From assembly GCA_040954595.2 (NCBI GenBank), contig CM082594.2:5255319-5319318 (forward strand): a stretch of DNA of 64,000 nt. Reading direction: 5' to 3'. How positions within the stretch are numbered: the stretch's first letter is position 1; every line of letters starts with the position of its first letter. A model generated the notes under the pieces. The model was not told the origin of the DNA. It made no database searches and saw only the letters and a program-made list of their open reading frames with translations. Below are positions 24,011-35,974 of this stretch, in pieces. The stretch comes from Balanoglossus misakiensis. Lineage: Eukaryota; Animalia; Hemichordata. A program made the translations under genes and the position numbers.

Positions 24011-24455
24011 AAGCACCTCTAACTCACTGGATATTTACATTTGGTATATCTGACTCTAGGGGGCGCCATGAACGATATGCTGCAGACAGATTAGGGGATT
24101 ACCCTTGAGAAAGGATAAAATATTTGTGATTATGAATAGTTGTGATATGTAAGTGAAAACAATTTAAGTGTGTTAGTCGTCTGGCATGTTCCCGTCGACA
24201 GCTGTGAAGTTGAAAGTGGATTATGGGCATGCATGTATACGTTCGATTGCGGTAATATGACGGCTGTGATTAGAAAAACCTCTACCCCGAGGTCATGTCA
24301 GGTGAAGGACGACTATTAATATGTTGAAGTCACGCCATGTTATACAGCACTCACATCCGCCGTCTTAGGAACTTCAGCCCTTATCTATTGGACAACTTCT
24401 GTGAGAATCGTCACACCAATCCATTGAAAAGGCAGTCAATTTTGTAAGTTCGTAG
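24010..24455. promoter_or_regulatory. Candidate bidirectional promoter STRAD / GNAT copy 1, with GNAT1 non-coding exon
   Basis: Divergent 5' ends within about 450 bp; GNAT1 5' UTR donor AG|GTAAGT at 24455/24456 and acceptor CCCAG| just before ATG 24580. Confidence 0.5.
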
Positions 24456-24579
24456 GTAAGTTATCAAGCAATCGTGAAGTTACTGTCTCAACACAGCATT
24501 TTGACATGTATGACACAGATACCGGTATATCACACTGTTCTCTTATAATTTTAAGTTTTCGTTCTATGATCCCAGCAAC

Positions 24580-25449
24580 ATGGCGCAAAGATTGACACCA
24601 TCTGAGATCTCGGAATTGTTGAAGTTCTTGGAAAATGATCAGCCAGATAGCCTTCCTCTCTGCTACCTGCTCAAGAACAGCATCACAACAAACAACGTAT
24701 GGCCACGCCTGGATGTGTACATTGACAACGAGGACATTTCACAACTCACAAGTGTGTTAGCCATCTGGCACGAAGAGGAAGACAGCAGCCAAGCTACAAG
24801 TGGCCTATGGGGCTGCCTTTACACGCTTGATTGTGGAAATATGACAGCTCTGATTAGAAAATCTGGCGTTCTTAGCAACAAGAAAAATTGCACGGTCGTG
24901 TTCTGTCTGCTGAAAGCGGCCAATGGCAAGTCATTCTTGGAGCAGTTGGAAAGTGATTTCGGTATGACAGTGAAATGGGTTGGCTCGCTGCATTCCTACA
25001 TTCTGGATGCTACGAACCCCACTGTTGAAAAGACGTCGTGTGACGCGTTGCCGCCTAATTTTGACATGGCACCCTTACAGACCAGACACAGCAAAACACT
25101 GCAAGAAAACTGGCACTCCCCCGACCCTCCGTCACTGGAAAGATTCGAAAATACAATCAAACATCAAAAACACCTGGCAGTCTACAACGAGACCGGAGAA
25201 CCGGTTGCCTGGGCCGTCGTTAAGGAGTGCGGGGACATCGGTATGACACACACGTTACCGAGTTACCGACGACAAGGCCTTGCAAGTATTTTGAGAGCAA
25301 AGCTAGCACAAATGCTGTTAGAATCGAACGAAATCCCATTCGTTAGCAAATCGTCGGTAGAAGCACCGAGTTCGATGTACACTCATCTCGGTTTCAAGAG
25401 GCGTGGGTCCGAATGGAGTTATGCCCACTTGTCGTTTCATGGCAAATAA
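24580..25449 (+). CDS. Glycine N-acyltransferase-like GNAT (GLYAT/FR47-like), copy 1
   Basis: 289 aa single-exon ORF; N-terminal QPDSLPL..LKN..WP resembles GLYAT; C-terminal GEPVAWAVVKECGDIGMTHTLPSYRRQGLA (GNAT motif A) and MYTHLGF (motif B). Confidence 0.9.
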   Translation: MAQRLTPSEISELLKFLENDQPDSLPLCYLLKNSITTNNVWPRLDVYIDNEDISQLTSVLAIWHEEEDSSQATSGLWGCLYTLDCGNMTALIRKSGVLSNKKNCTVVFCLLKAANGKSFLEQLESDFGMTVKWVGSLHSYILDATNPTVEKTSCDALPPNFDMAPLQTRHSKTLQENWHSPDPPSLERFENTIKHQKHLAVYNETGEPVAWAVVKECGDIGMTHTLPSYRRQGLASILRAKLAQMLLESNEIPFVSKSSVEAPSSMYTHLGFKRRGSEWSYAHLSFHGK

Positions 25450-26167
25450 AAAAAATCATTTAGCGATCTATAGTCTGTACCTGAAACAGACATGAGTACC
25501 CCTGCAGCATGTTTAAACAGCGAAGTGCAGTTTTAAAATAGTGGCCAATTTTCTATTTCCACTTTCCATTGAATACAGCTTCAATTGACCATGCATTATA
25601 TTTACAATTTTACATGGATGATTAAAAAAGAACTTTTACCACAGTCGCGTAGTTCTTCATTTTTATTTCCACGTTGATGTCATGCACATTTCCGTCGATT
25701 CCTCCACCCTCCCCCTACGGTAAAACTGGAAGCTCCCTTATAACCTACATGTTGCAGTAAAGATTAGGCGTTACTAGCGTACTAACTAGGTTACCGTATC
25801 AATCATTCAACCGCGGGTGAAGTCGCGTGCTACAGTGTACACATCACTGGAAATATCGAACTATTATAAGTTGGCCTCTCTGTAGCGTCAAGAAGAAATA
25901 CCACGTATACCTGGTCGGAAATATGGAGGTATGAACGTCAAGTATGTCAATGTAGCCACATATACACTTGTTTGTGTGGGTAATAATTGAAGACCATTTA
26001 CCCATTTGACGGCACATAAGCTTACGTTTACACAATATACGGACTTTACACCCACGAAGTTAGCCACGGCATATATTGTTTGATTGGTGACAAAAAATAT
26101 GTAGGTTAGCTGAATGTAGTCCTTGGTTGGCCGATTAGGAACCCGTGAGATTGGCCGCTTTTAAAAA

Positions 26168-26248
26168 CTGTACTGTACTGTACTATAATGTACTGTACTG
26201 TACTGTAATGTAATGTATTGTAATGTAATGTACTGTACTATACTGTAC
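26168..26248. repeat. (TACTG/TAATG)n pentanucleotide repeat
   Basis: Imperfect tandem of TACTG and TAATG units. Confidence 0.85.
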
Positions 26249-26382
26249 AAACTAATGCTAAATGCCTTAAAATTATGTTCCTTGGAGAAGTTTCCTCTTC
26301 CATGGCGCTTGGGAGAGCATGCTGAAAATTCGTATGATTATGAATGAAGTTTCTCGTCTCTTTATTTCCCAACAGAAAAAAT

Positions 26383-27252
26383 ATGGCACGAAAGGTTCCA
26401 CCATCGGAAATCCCAGCAGTAACCAAGATTTTGGAAGAAGATCTACCAGACAGCCTTCCTCTATACTATCTTCTGAAGAACAGCTTCAAGACTAGCAACA
26501 AGTGGCCACGCATTGATGCATACGTTGACAGCAGCGACCTATCAAATCTGACTTGTGCCAGCGGCGTTTGGCACGCGCATGCGGATGAGGGTAGTAACGT
26601 CAGGGTAGAAACGTGGTGTCTCGTATATGCCCTTGAACGTGACAATCTAAAAGATCTGTTGGTGGCATCGGGCATTCGGGACATCCAGAGGGAGTCTAAA
26701 GTCAGTTTCATCTTGCAGAAGGAAGCCAACGCCGCGGCGGTCATAGAGTTGCTGCAAAGCGACTTCGGCATGACGGTGCAGTGGAACGACGCCGTGTTTT
26801 CCCATGTCCTCGAGAACACGAACGGGTCTCTCGAAGACTCAGCTGACAGACAGCTGCCCCCAAAGTTTTACATGGCCCCACTGCAGGCCAAACACGGCAA
26901 GGCCATGCGGGCCGTGTGGAATTACGGAGCCCCTCCTCCGGAGAACAGACTCGAAAACACCATCAAATTTCAAGAGAATCTTGCCATCTACAATGAGAAC
27001 GGAGACCCAGTATCATGGGCCGTTGTGAAGGAATCCGGCGATATCGGCATGACGTACACGGCGCCGAACTATCGCGGGCGAGGATTCGCCAGCAGTTTGA
27101 CTGCGAAGTTGGCACAAATCGTGTTGGCATCAAACGAAATCCCGTTTTCTGCAATTGCACCAAACCAAGAAAGTTCTTTGGCCATGCATGGCAAGCTAGG
27201 TTTCGAGAAAAGGGGACAAGAGTGGCGCTATGTAAACTGTTGGTATCACTGA
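26383..27252 (+). CDS. Glycine N-acyltransferase-like GNAT, copy 2
   Basis: True start at 26383 (MARKVPPSEIP) just after acceptor CAACAG|; motif A PNYRGRGFA; homologous to the other six copies. Confidence 0.92.
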   Translation: MARKVPPSEIPAVTKILEEDLPDSLPLYYLLKNSFKTSNKWPRIDAYVDSSDLSNLTCASGVWHAHADEGSNVRVETWCLVYALERDNLKDLLVASGIRDIQRESKVSFILQKEANAAAVIELLQSDFGMTVQWNDAVFSHVLENTNGSLEDSADRQLPPKFYMAPLQAKHGKAMRAVWNYGAPPPENRLENTIKFQENLAIYNENGDPVSWAVVKESGDIGMTYTAPNYRGRGFASSLTAKLAQIVLASNEIPFSAIAPNQESSLAMHGKLGFEKRGQEWRYVNCWYH

Positions 27253-27590
27253 AATCGAGGGCAGGACACGAAAAGACGATAGAGGGCGGCATGTTCATGC
27301 ATTGATGATATGCGTGTTAAGTCAGAGATTTTTAAAACAGTGATTAAAGATACAATACTGTAATTTTGAGTCAATGGATAAAATGTTTACAAGATCATGT
27401 ACAGCAGACTAGTATTACTCATGCATCCAGGTTTTGAATCGCACCGCTCTCCCCCCAGTTAATTCTGACCAGACCCTAACAGAGCGCAAACGTACACAAG
27501 ACCAGACAGGTAACCACATCGATCATAGTGCAAGAAAGTTGAGTTTGTGTCAAATGATAACGTCTCTACTTGACCATTCTATTTCTATAT

Positions 27591-27593
<3 letters not shown>

Positions 27594-27652
<59 letters not shown>
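27594..27652. repeat. (GA)n microsatellite
   Basis: About 29 GA units between convergent GNAT copies 2 and 3. Confidence 0.98.
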
Positions 27653-27657
<5 letters not shown>

Positions 27658-27841
27658 GTACTAATTAACGTTTAATCAAATCGTACAGTTCTGATCATTT
27701 TAATTCGCCATTCCACACTAAACTCGCATATCATCTGAGCAATGGAAGCCAATCCAGAGACAAATCGGTGATGCTAGTAACCGGCGACGATTTCAGATCA
27801 AGCATTAACTGCAAGACCCACAGGCACAGTCTGAAAATGTT

Positions 27842-28702
27842 TCATTCTCTTTTCCCAAAAAGAGCGAAGGACCATTCTTGTCCCTTCCTTGTAAAACCTA
27901 ATTTAGTGTGCAGAGCCAATGAGATTTCGGCAGACGACGAAATCGCAACATACGGGGTCTCGTTTGATTCCAGCACGATTTCTGCCATCTTTGCTGTCAG
28001 AATACTGGCGAAGCCCCGTCCCCGGTAATCTGGCGCTGTGTACGTCATACCGATGTCACCATATTCTTTAACGACAGTCCACGATATTGGGTCCCCCGTC
28101 TCATTATACAACGCCAGGGATTGTTGGTGTTTGATGGTGTTTTCAAATCGTGTCACCGGAGGCGGCGCGCCGTAACTCCATATTTCTCGCATCGCTTTGG
28201 AATGCTTGACTTGTAATGGGGCCGTGTAGAAGTTTGGCGGGACTTGCCTGTCGGCTTTCCTTTCGGCAAACTCGGTCCCGTCGAGAATGAAGGAATGCAC
28301 TGGGTCGATATACTCTAGCGCCAGACCGAACTCCTGTCGCATCAACTCAATGACCGACTTGTCGTGAGATGCTTTCAGGAAAACGAATCTAAAACGAGAA
28401 TCTCTCTTCACGTCAAAAATACCTAGCACGTGTAGAAGAATGTTCAACTTTGAACGATCCAGTGAGTAAACGAAATATTTGTTTCTCTCCTTGTCGTCAT
28501 TTCCTGATGTAAACCACTTGGCAACAACGTTTGACAGATGCACGGTGTCTTTACTGTCCAGGTACACATCAATCCGCGGCCAGATGTTGTTTGTCTTCAA
28601 GCTATTTTTCATAAGATGATAGAGCGGAAGGCTATCTGGTAGATCTTCACCCAGCATCTTGATCACGCTTGGGAAGTCACACAATTCAAGCTTTTGTGCC
28701 AT
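27842..28702 (-). CDS. Glycine N-acyltransferase-like GNAT, copy 3 (inverted)
   Basis: 286 aa ORF, MAQKL..LPDSLPLYHLMKN..WPRIDVY, motif A PDYRGRGFA, LHTKLGF. Confidence 0.92.
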   Translation of the reverse strand: MAQKLELCDFPSVIKMLGEDLPDSLPLYHLMKNSLKTNNIWPRIDVYLDSKDTVHLSNVVAKWFTSGNDDKERNKYFVYSLDRSKLNILLHVLGIFDVKRDSRFRFVFLKASHDKSVIELMRQEFGLALEYIDPVHSFILDGTEFAERKADRQVPPNFYTAPLQVKHSKAMREIWSYGAPPPVTRFENTIKHQQSLALYNETGDPISWTVVKEYGDIGMTYTAPDYRGRGFASILTAKMAEIVLESNETPYVAISSSAEISLALHTKLGFTRKGQEWSFALFGKRE

Positions 28703-29365
28703 TTTTTGCTATAACTAGAAAAAAAATCAACTGATCACCAACGTGGTATTTTATTTTTCAAATTCAGCAATAATCAGCCTCTCAAGTCTTGTTTACACTG
28801 AACATATGGTGTTGTATTGTTAGAATACTGATAACGTAATATAGTCCCGAATCGAGTCTAAATAACTCCTGCCGAGGCTTTAAAATACACGAAATCATAC
28901 AGTGAATTAAACGGATCTTATTTATAAATATTTAGATGTAGTTTTTGGCTATATTCAGAGTGTCGAATGAAGTTTTATAGCCTACCCGTTGCTTTCAAGG
29001 ATGACCCGAGGTACTGTACTGGTCAAAACACCGTATCTCTACTCCTAGACAGTCTACTAGTGCCCCCAAAGCACGGAACTACGTGAGTCCACTGAGTTGA
29101 ACTTCGCTGGCTGACCAACAACAGTTATCGTGTCAATTTACAGGGCGAACAAAGTCCACTTGGTAATACGCACATTTGCAGCCTCCGTTTCTATCACAGT
29201 TCAGGTTATAATGCGCACACATCAGGTAGAGTGCTATTAACAAAACAATTTTAACACCAGATCGCAGTCGCGTCGTTTTTGGGGTCCAAGCGTGTACTGA
29301 CTTGCTTTCTACTTAAATTGGTGCGGGGCAGGTCCGGGTTTGAATGATGTAAAAATACAAGTCTA

Positions 29366-29830
29366 TGCATATGAGGTTATTACGAAAATACCGCAAAGTA
29401 TGCACGAGGACATTAGCGCTGAGTATCGCCCGACGCGTAGCGGAGGGCGATGCGCGGCGCTAATGTCCGAGTTCTTGTGTTGCATGTTACTTGGCTTTCA
29501 AAACGCCCAAAATGCCGATAAAATCGATCGAAAACCGCTCAGTTGACTCAGTGAGCAGCCATCTTTCTTTTTTGTTTACGTGTGCGCACGTGCGTTGGAA
29601 TGCGGGCGCCTTGAAACCATTCGCATAACAGCGCATACCTGTACACGGTGAGTTTGGGGCGCCTTGAAACTAAGGCTTATTTAACGCGCGTTCCGTACGT
29701 ACCGTTCCGTACGGCTTTTTATTGCACGCCAAAATCTATTGTTCTCGGCACTAGATGTATAATAATATGAGGTTATTACGAAAATACCGCAAAAAGAGCT
29801 CGAAGTTGCTGCTAGATAAATAATGGGTAT
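29366..29830. repeat. Interspersed repeat with 28-bp direct repeats and internal hairpin
   Basis: TATGAGGTTATTACGAAAATACCGCAAA near 29370 and 29766; internal inverted pair GGACATTAGCGC...TCGCCC / GGGCGA...GCGCTAATGTCC. Confidence 0.6.
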
Positions 29831-30901
29831 GAAGTTCTTCGGGCTGCTGAGGGCGAGCGATGCTTCCTGTTTGACCTCTGCCACCTGTCTTTATATACTT
29901 AGATGTGGTCTTGTCACGTATCATGTCATGTCAGAAAAACAGTATGTTCAACTATTATTTTTTTAAATATAGTAACCCCCCTAAACGTTTCGAAAAAAAG
30001 GATGACCCCCCTTTTGGATTCCATGATTTAAGTCACCCCCTGGATTTTGCCTCCCCCGGCCGTAAAAATTGATCGGTCCCTTACTCGTACCACGATTGAC
30101 AGGGTCAGTTGGATTGTAATCACGTTTGTTCATATATGGCAGTACATTCAAAACATGGGAACGTTCCTCAACAGCCCAAAAAGACACCCCCGTATAAAAT
30201 GTAAATGATAAGGTCAAGGGTCAAACAACGTTTTGGAAGCGCTTACACGTAAACCTATTACTGAATGGTATTTAGGTTAAAGTTGGCTGACTCGACAAGT
30301 CACTGCATCAGACAAGGCGTTACTATACCCTACACGCTGAGGGAAGCTGAATCGTACAAAGACGGTCTCAAATCGATATCTTCTCGGAGACCAGCGAGAC
30401 CACAAAATCACGTGCACACTTCAAAATCCCAGTCTCCAAGGTAAGGACTGTATCTCCAATGTCAAATTCGCACAATGACAGCCAGAGGTTGAAATTAGGA
30501 CATTTGCTTACATACGCCGCCTTAGACGACAGCCGAAGAGAACACTGAAACCAGTAGTGCCTGCAACAACTTTGGCCTCCCTTAAAGTAAACCCTTTTTT
30601 CTGCTACAGTGAATGGACAAAACATTCACATTTCCAGAAAATTATCCGGTTCTTCCCAGATATCAAATGATCCATCGGTTAGAGTTAGTCTGCTGGTTAT
30701 TTTGTAGTACAGGGGAAAAGTGGGTTTCTGAATAACGCACGCGACAAGCTCTTAAACGTGGAAGCAACTGTAACTGTCGATTGGACAGTTACAGCTCTGG
30801 CCTGAACAGTTTTCTGAGTCTTGCGACGATTCTTAAAATGTGGGTGGGCAAAACATTACAAGTGAACGCTCTGTCATTTTTGCTTCATCGTACAGAAAGA
30901 C

Positions 30902-31777
30902 ATGGCGCAGAAGATGACATCATCGGAAATCCCAGAACTGATGAAGCTGTTCGAAGCAGATCTTCCAGACAACCTCCCCTTGTACTGTCTGCTCAAGAAC
31001 AGCATGAAAACAAACAACAAATGGCCACGTGTTGATATTTATGTTGACAACCAAGACATGAGGCATCTGACCAGTGTCGCTGCGCTGTGGTTTGCTCATG
31101 GAGAAGGCATTGGAATCAACGAGGAAACGTTTACCTTTTTATACTCGATCGACTCTATGAAATTAAAAGTCCTGCTACGAAAGTCTGGCGTTTTTGATAA
31201 TATGAAAGATTCTAAATACACCTTTATTCTTTTAAAGGGAGCGACCGACGAATCCATTATCGATTTGTTACAAACTGAGTTTCGTCTGACACTGCAATGG
31301 AAGGAACCTGTTCATTCCTATGTCCTTGACGGGATAACTCAATCGATAATAGAGAAGGCTTCTAGGCAACTCCCACAGAACTTTCATATCGCCCCATTAC
31401 AAATCAAACATGGTAAAACGATGCATGAAATATGGACTTATGGGGACCCCCCTCCGGTAGCAAGATTTGAAAATACCATACAGTATCAACAGCACCTCGC
31501 CATCTACAACGAGGATGGAGACCCAATATCCTGGGCCGTTGTTAAGGAATATGGCGACATTGGTATGACGTATACGGCGCCGGAGTATCGGAGGCAAGGA
31601 TTTGCCAGCATTTTGACTGCAAAGTTGGCGCAAGTGGTGTTTGAATCGAATGAAATTCCTTATGCTGCGATTGCTTCATTTCGAGAAAGCTCTCTGGCCA
31701 TGCACACTAAGTTAGGCTTCACTAAGAAGGGCGGAGAATGGGACTTTCTTCACTGCTGGTACCACAGTAAACTGTAA
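30902..31777 (+). CDS. Glycine N-acyltransferase-like GNAT, copy 4
   Basis: 291 aa ORF after acceptor TACAG|; motif A PEYRRQGFA. Confidence 0.93.
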   Translation: MAQKMTSSEIPELMKLFEADLPDNLPLYCLLKNSMKTNNKWPRVDIYVDNQDMRHLTSVAALWFAHGEGIGINEETFTFLYSIDSMKLKVLLRKSGVFDNMKDSKYTFILLKGATDESIIDLLQTEFRLTLQWKEPVHSYVLDGITQSIIEKASRQLPQNFHIAPLQIKHGKTMHEIWTYGDPPPVARFENTIQYQQHLAIYNEDGDPISWAVVKEYGDIGMTYTAPEYRRQGFASILTAKLAQVVFESNEIPYAAIASFRESSLAMHTKLGFTKKGGEWDFLHCWYHSKL

Positions 31778-33056
31778 ATGATTTTTAAAAAGAGCTAGCT
31801 TACACATATTTACAATGAATGGGAATATAAGTAAAACGCAATATGGAATACGTATTCCGGTTTTGAGATGATTGTAGGTTATAGCGGGATGTGAACATTG
31901 CTTCACTTCTATTTAGTTTCGTTTGCCTGTTTCTTAAGTGTTTACTCCTATAAGTTGACCACTTTTTTTGCTCGGAATCGTCAATTTCGTTTGTGGTCAC
32001 GTTTGTTTAAATATGTAAGTATATTACACATGTACATTCATCGTATTTTGATTAAAATCAATTGGTTTAAGTCAGTTGTTGTCAGAGGTCATCATAACCC
32101 CTTATATAGGCCTATGCTTACATTTATGTACAATCCCCTTCCCTCTTTTCTGACTTTAAAAGAAGTGATTTACAGTAGTAGTACGCAAACGACAACCCCC
32201 TCACGTGAATCTGTTACTGCATGGTACGTGAGGTTATAGGTGACTGACTTGTTCAACTAATTAGGTCATTGCATCAGACAAAGCATTCCTAGTACACGCT
32301 ATACGCTCAAAAACGCTGAATCTTACGAAGTCTCAACTCGATATCTTCTCGGAGACCAGCGAGATTACAAAACCACGTGCACACTTCAAAGCCAAAGTAT
32401 AGTCTCAGTCTCCAAGGTAAGGACTGTACCTCCTCCAGTGTGATGTACTTCACCCAGTGTAACTCACGGGTTGAAATGAGGACATTTGCTTACAAGTGCC
32501 GTCTAATAGCCTACAGGCGACAGCACCAGATAACACTTAAAAGCCAGTAATCAGTATAGTGCCTGCAACAGTTGGACTTCAAAGACACTTCCCCCCCACC
32601 TCCTTCTCTCTCTCACCCACTCCAATCGATCTTCTGGTCATACTCTTGTATGATAATGTTTGCATTCTTCAATTATCTTTGTTTAAACTCAAGGGCACCA
32701 ACACGAACCTGTTATCCTTGCCCTAAATACATAAGTGACACATTAACACGGCGTGCGCATACAACAACGTCATAACACTTCCTTTGAACCCATAGTGCTA
32801 AACTGCCTAATACGATGTGTCTTGAACGAATTTTGTGCAGTACAGTGGAAAGTGGGTTTCTAAATTACGCACGACAAGCTCTTAAAAGTTGAAGCAACTG
32901 TACCTGTCGATATGACATCTAAATATATGGTCTGAACAGTTTTCTGGGTCTTACAGCGATTCTTGAAATGTGGGTGGGCATTACCGTTTAGATTTTGTTA
33001 ACCGAAAACATGGGAAAACATTACAAGTGAACGCTCTGCCATTTTTGCAGAAAAAC

Positions 33057-33932
33057 ATGGCAGAGAAGATGACGTCATCGGAAATCCCAAAGCTGATGAA
33101 GCTGTTGGAAGCAGATCTTCCAGACAACCTTCCCTTGTACTGTGTGCTCAAGAACAGCATGAAAACAAACAACAAATGGCCACGTATTGATGTTTATGTT
33201 GACAACAAAGACATGAGACATCTGACCAGTGTCGCTGCGCTGTGGTTTGCTCAAGAAGACCTTGAAGACAGTGCAATCAACGGGGAAACGTGGTTCTTTC
33301 TATACTCGCTCGACTTTGTCAACTTAAAAGTTCTGCTACGAAAGTCTGGCGTTTTTGATAACATGAAAGAGTTTAAATATCCCTTTATTCTTTTAAAAGG
33401 AGCTCGTGATGACTCCATTATCAAATTGTTACAAACTGAGTTTCGTCTGACACTGCAATGGAAGGAACCTGTTCATTCCTATGTCCTTGACGGGATAACT
33501 CAATCGATAATAGAGAAGGCTTCTAGGGAACTCCCACAGAACTTTCATATCGCCCCATTACAAATCAAACACGGTAAAACGATGCATGAAATATGGACTT
33601 ATGGGGACCCCCCTCCGGTAGCAAGATTTGAAAATACCATACAGTATCAACAACACCTCGCCATCTACAATGAGGATGGAGACCCAATATCCTGGGCCGT
33701 TGTTAAGGAATATGGCGACATTGGTATGACGTATACGGCGCCGGAGTATCGGAGGCAAGGATTTGCCAGCATTTTGACTGCAAAGTTGGCGCAAGTGGTG
33801 TTTGAATCGAATGAAATTCCTTATGCTGCGATTGCTTCATTTCGAGAAAGCTCTCTGGCCATGCACACTAAGTTAGGCTTCACTAAGAAGGGCGGAGAAT
33901 GGGATTTTTTCTTCACTGTTGGCACTGCATAA
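33057..33932 (+). CDS. Glycine N-acyltransferase-like GNAT, copy 5 (C-terminal frameshift in T-run)
   Basis: True start 33057 (MAEKMTSSEIP) after TTTGCAG|; nearly identical to copy 4 in 3' half; T6 run at 33905-33910 shifts last ~10 codons. Confidence 0.88.
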   Translation: MAEKMTSSEIPKLMKLLEADLPDNLPLYCVLKNSMKTNNKWPRIDVYVDNKDMRHLTSVAALWFAQEDLEDSAINGETWFFLYSLDFVNLKVLLRKSGVFDNMKEFKYPFILLKGARDDSIIKLLQTEFRLTLQWKEPVHSYVLDGITQSIIEKASRELPQNFHIAPLQIKHGKTMHEIWTYGDPPPVARFENTIQYQQHLAIYNEDGDPISWAVVKEYGDIGMTYTAPEYRRQGFASILTAKLAQVVFESNEIPYAAIASFRESSLAMHTKLGFTKKGGEWDFFFTVGTA

Positions 33933-35101
33933 AACTGTGAATGATCTTAAAAAAGAGCTTACACATATTAAAATGAATGTGAATTAGTAAACGTAATATC
34001 GTTTGCATGTTTCTTAAGTGTTTACTCCTATAAGTTTACCACTTTTTTTGCTCGGAAACGTCAAAGTCGTTTGTGGTCACGTTTGTTTAAATATGGAAGT
34101 ATATTACACATGTACATTCATCGTATTTTGATTAAAATCAATTGGTTTAACCCAGTATAGCCATGCATGCTTAAATATATGTACAATCCCCTTCCCTCTT
34201 TTTGATTTAAAAAAGTAGTACGCAAACGACAACCAGTAAGAGGCCCTCACGTGAATCTATTACTGCATGGTACGTAAGGTTTATAGAGGTGACTGACTTG
34301 TTCAACCAAATAGGTCATTGCATCAGACAAAGCATTCCAACACCATAAACGCTGAATCTTACGAAGTCTCAACTCGATATCTTCTCGGAGACCAGCGAGA
34401 TTACAAAACCGCGTGCACACTTCAACGTCCCAGCCTCCAAGGTAAGGACTCTACCTCCTCCAGTGTGATGAACTTCTCCAAGGGTTGAAATGAGGACATT
34501 TGCTTACAAGTGCCGTCTAATAGCCTACAGGCGACAGCACCAGATAACACTTAAGAGCCAGTAATCAGTATAGTGCCTGCAACAGTTGGACTTCAAACAC
34601 CCCCACCTCCTTCCCCCCCCCCATCCTATCAATTTTCTGGTCTGACTCTTGTTTGATAATGTTTGCATTCTTCATTTATCTCAGTGTTGGTTAAATCCAG
34701 GACACCAATACAAACCTGACGTGCTCCTTGCACTACATCAGTGACCCATATAGACATTCTTGTGTTAGAGAGGTCAAAGGCGAATGTGTCAGGCGGCTGT
34801 GAACGATAACACTTCATCGAAACCGCAAACTCTTGAAGTCTGACTCTCCAGCCACGTGAACCTGAACACCAGTCGACATTTTCCTCTGGATCAAAGGTGG
34901 GTAATTGTTTCTTTTCGGTTGTGAGCTACCGCGTAATTTTAGCTAGCTTTATGCAGTAGAACAAGAAACTGTAGTTGGGGGTGCATTAAATACAGAGAAC
35001 GAGTGAGTATACTGTAGCTAAACATTTCCGAAAACCAAAAGACGGGGACGATTTTACGTGTATGCTCTCTCTCTTGTATAATTCTTCACTGTAGAAAAAA
35101 C

Positions 35102-35974
35102 ATGGCGCAGAAGATGACGTCATCGGAATTCCCAGAACTGATGAAGATGTTGGAAGGAGATCTAACGGACAGCCTTCCCCTCTACTATCTGCTCAAGAAC
35201 AGCATGAAAACAAACAACAAATGGCCACGTGTTGATGTGTATGTTGACAACCAAGACATGAGACATCTGACCAGTGTCGCTGCGCTGTGGTTTGCTCAAG
35301 AAGGAGCCAGTGCAATCAACGGGGAAACGTGGTTCTTTCTTTACTCGCTCGACTGTGCCAACTTAAAAGTTCTGCTACGAAAGTCTGGCGTTTTTGATAA
35401 TATGAAAGAAGCGAAATATGTCTTTTTTCTTTTAAAGGGGGCGTATGATGGATCCATTATCAAATTACTACAAACTGAGTTTCGTCTGACACTGCAATGG
35501 AAGGAACCCGTTCATTGCTATGTCCTTGACGGGATAACTCAATCGATAATAGACAAGGATTCTAGGGAACTCCCACAGAACTTTTATATCGCCCCATTAC
35601 AAATCAAACATGGTAAAACGATGCATGAAATATGGACTTATGGGGACCCCCCTCCGGTAGCAAGATTTGAAAATACCATACAGTATCAACAACACCTCGC
35701 CATCTACAATGAAGATGGCGACCCAATATCCTGGGCCGTTGTTAAGGAATATGGCGACATCGGTATGACGTATACGGCGCCGGCGTATCGCAGGCAAGGA
35801 TTTGCCAGCATTTTGACTGCAAAGTTGGCGCAAGTGGTTGTTGGGTCGAAGGAAACCCCCTTTGCTACGGTTGGTTCAACCCGAGAAAGCTCTGTGGCCA
35901 TGCACAGTAGGTTAGGTTTCACTAGGAAGGGGGGAGATATGGTTATTTTTCACTGTTGGTACAACTGCAAGTAA
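35102..35974 (+). CDS. Glycine N-acyltransferase-like GNAT, copy 6
   Basis: 290 aa ORF after acceptor TGTAG|; motif A PAYRRQGFA. Confidence 0.93.
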   Translation: MAQKMTSSEFPELMKMLEGDLTDSLPLYYLLKNSMKTNNKWPRVDVYVDNQDMRHLTSVAALWFAQEGASAINGETWFFLYSLDCANLKVLLRKSGVFDNMKEAKYVFFLLKGAYDGSIIKLLQTEFRLTLQWKEPVHCYVLDGITQSIIDKDSRELPQNFYIAPLQIKHGKTMHEIWTYGDPPPVARFENTIQYQQHLAIYNEDGDPISWAVVKEYGDIGMTYTAPAYRRQGFASILTAKLAQVVVGSKETPFATVGSTRESSVAMHSRLGFTRKGGDMVIFHCWYNCK

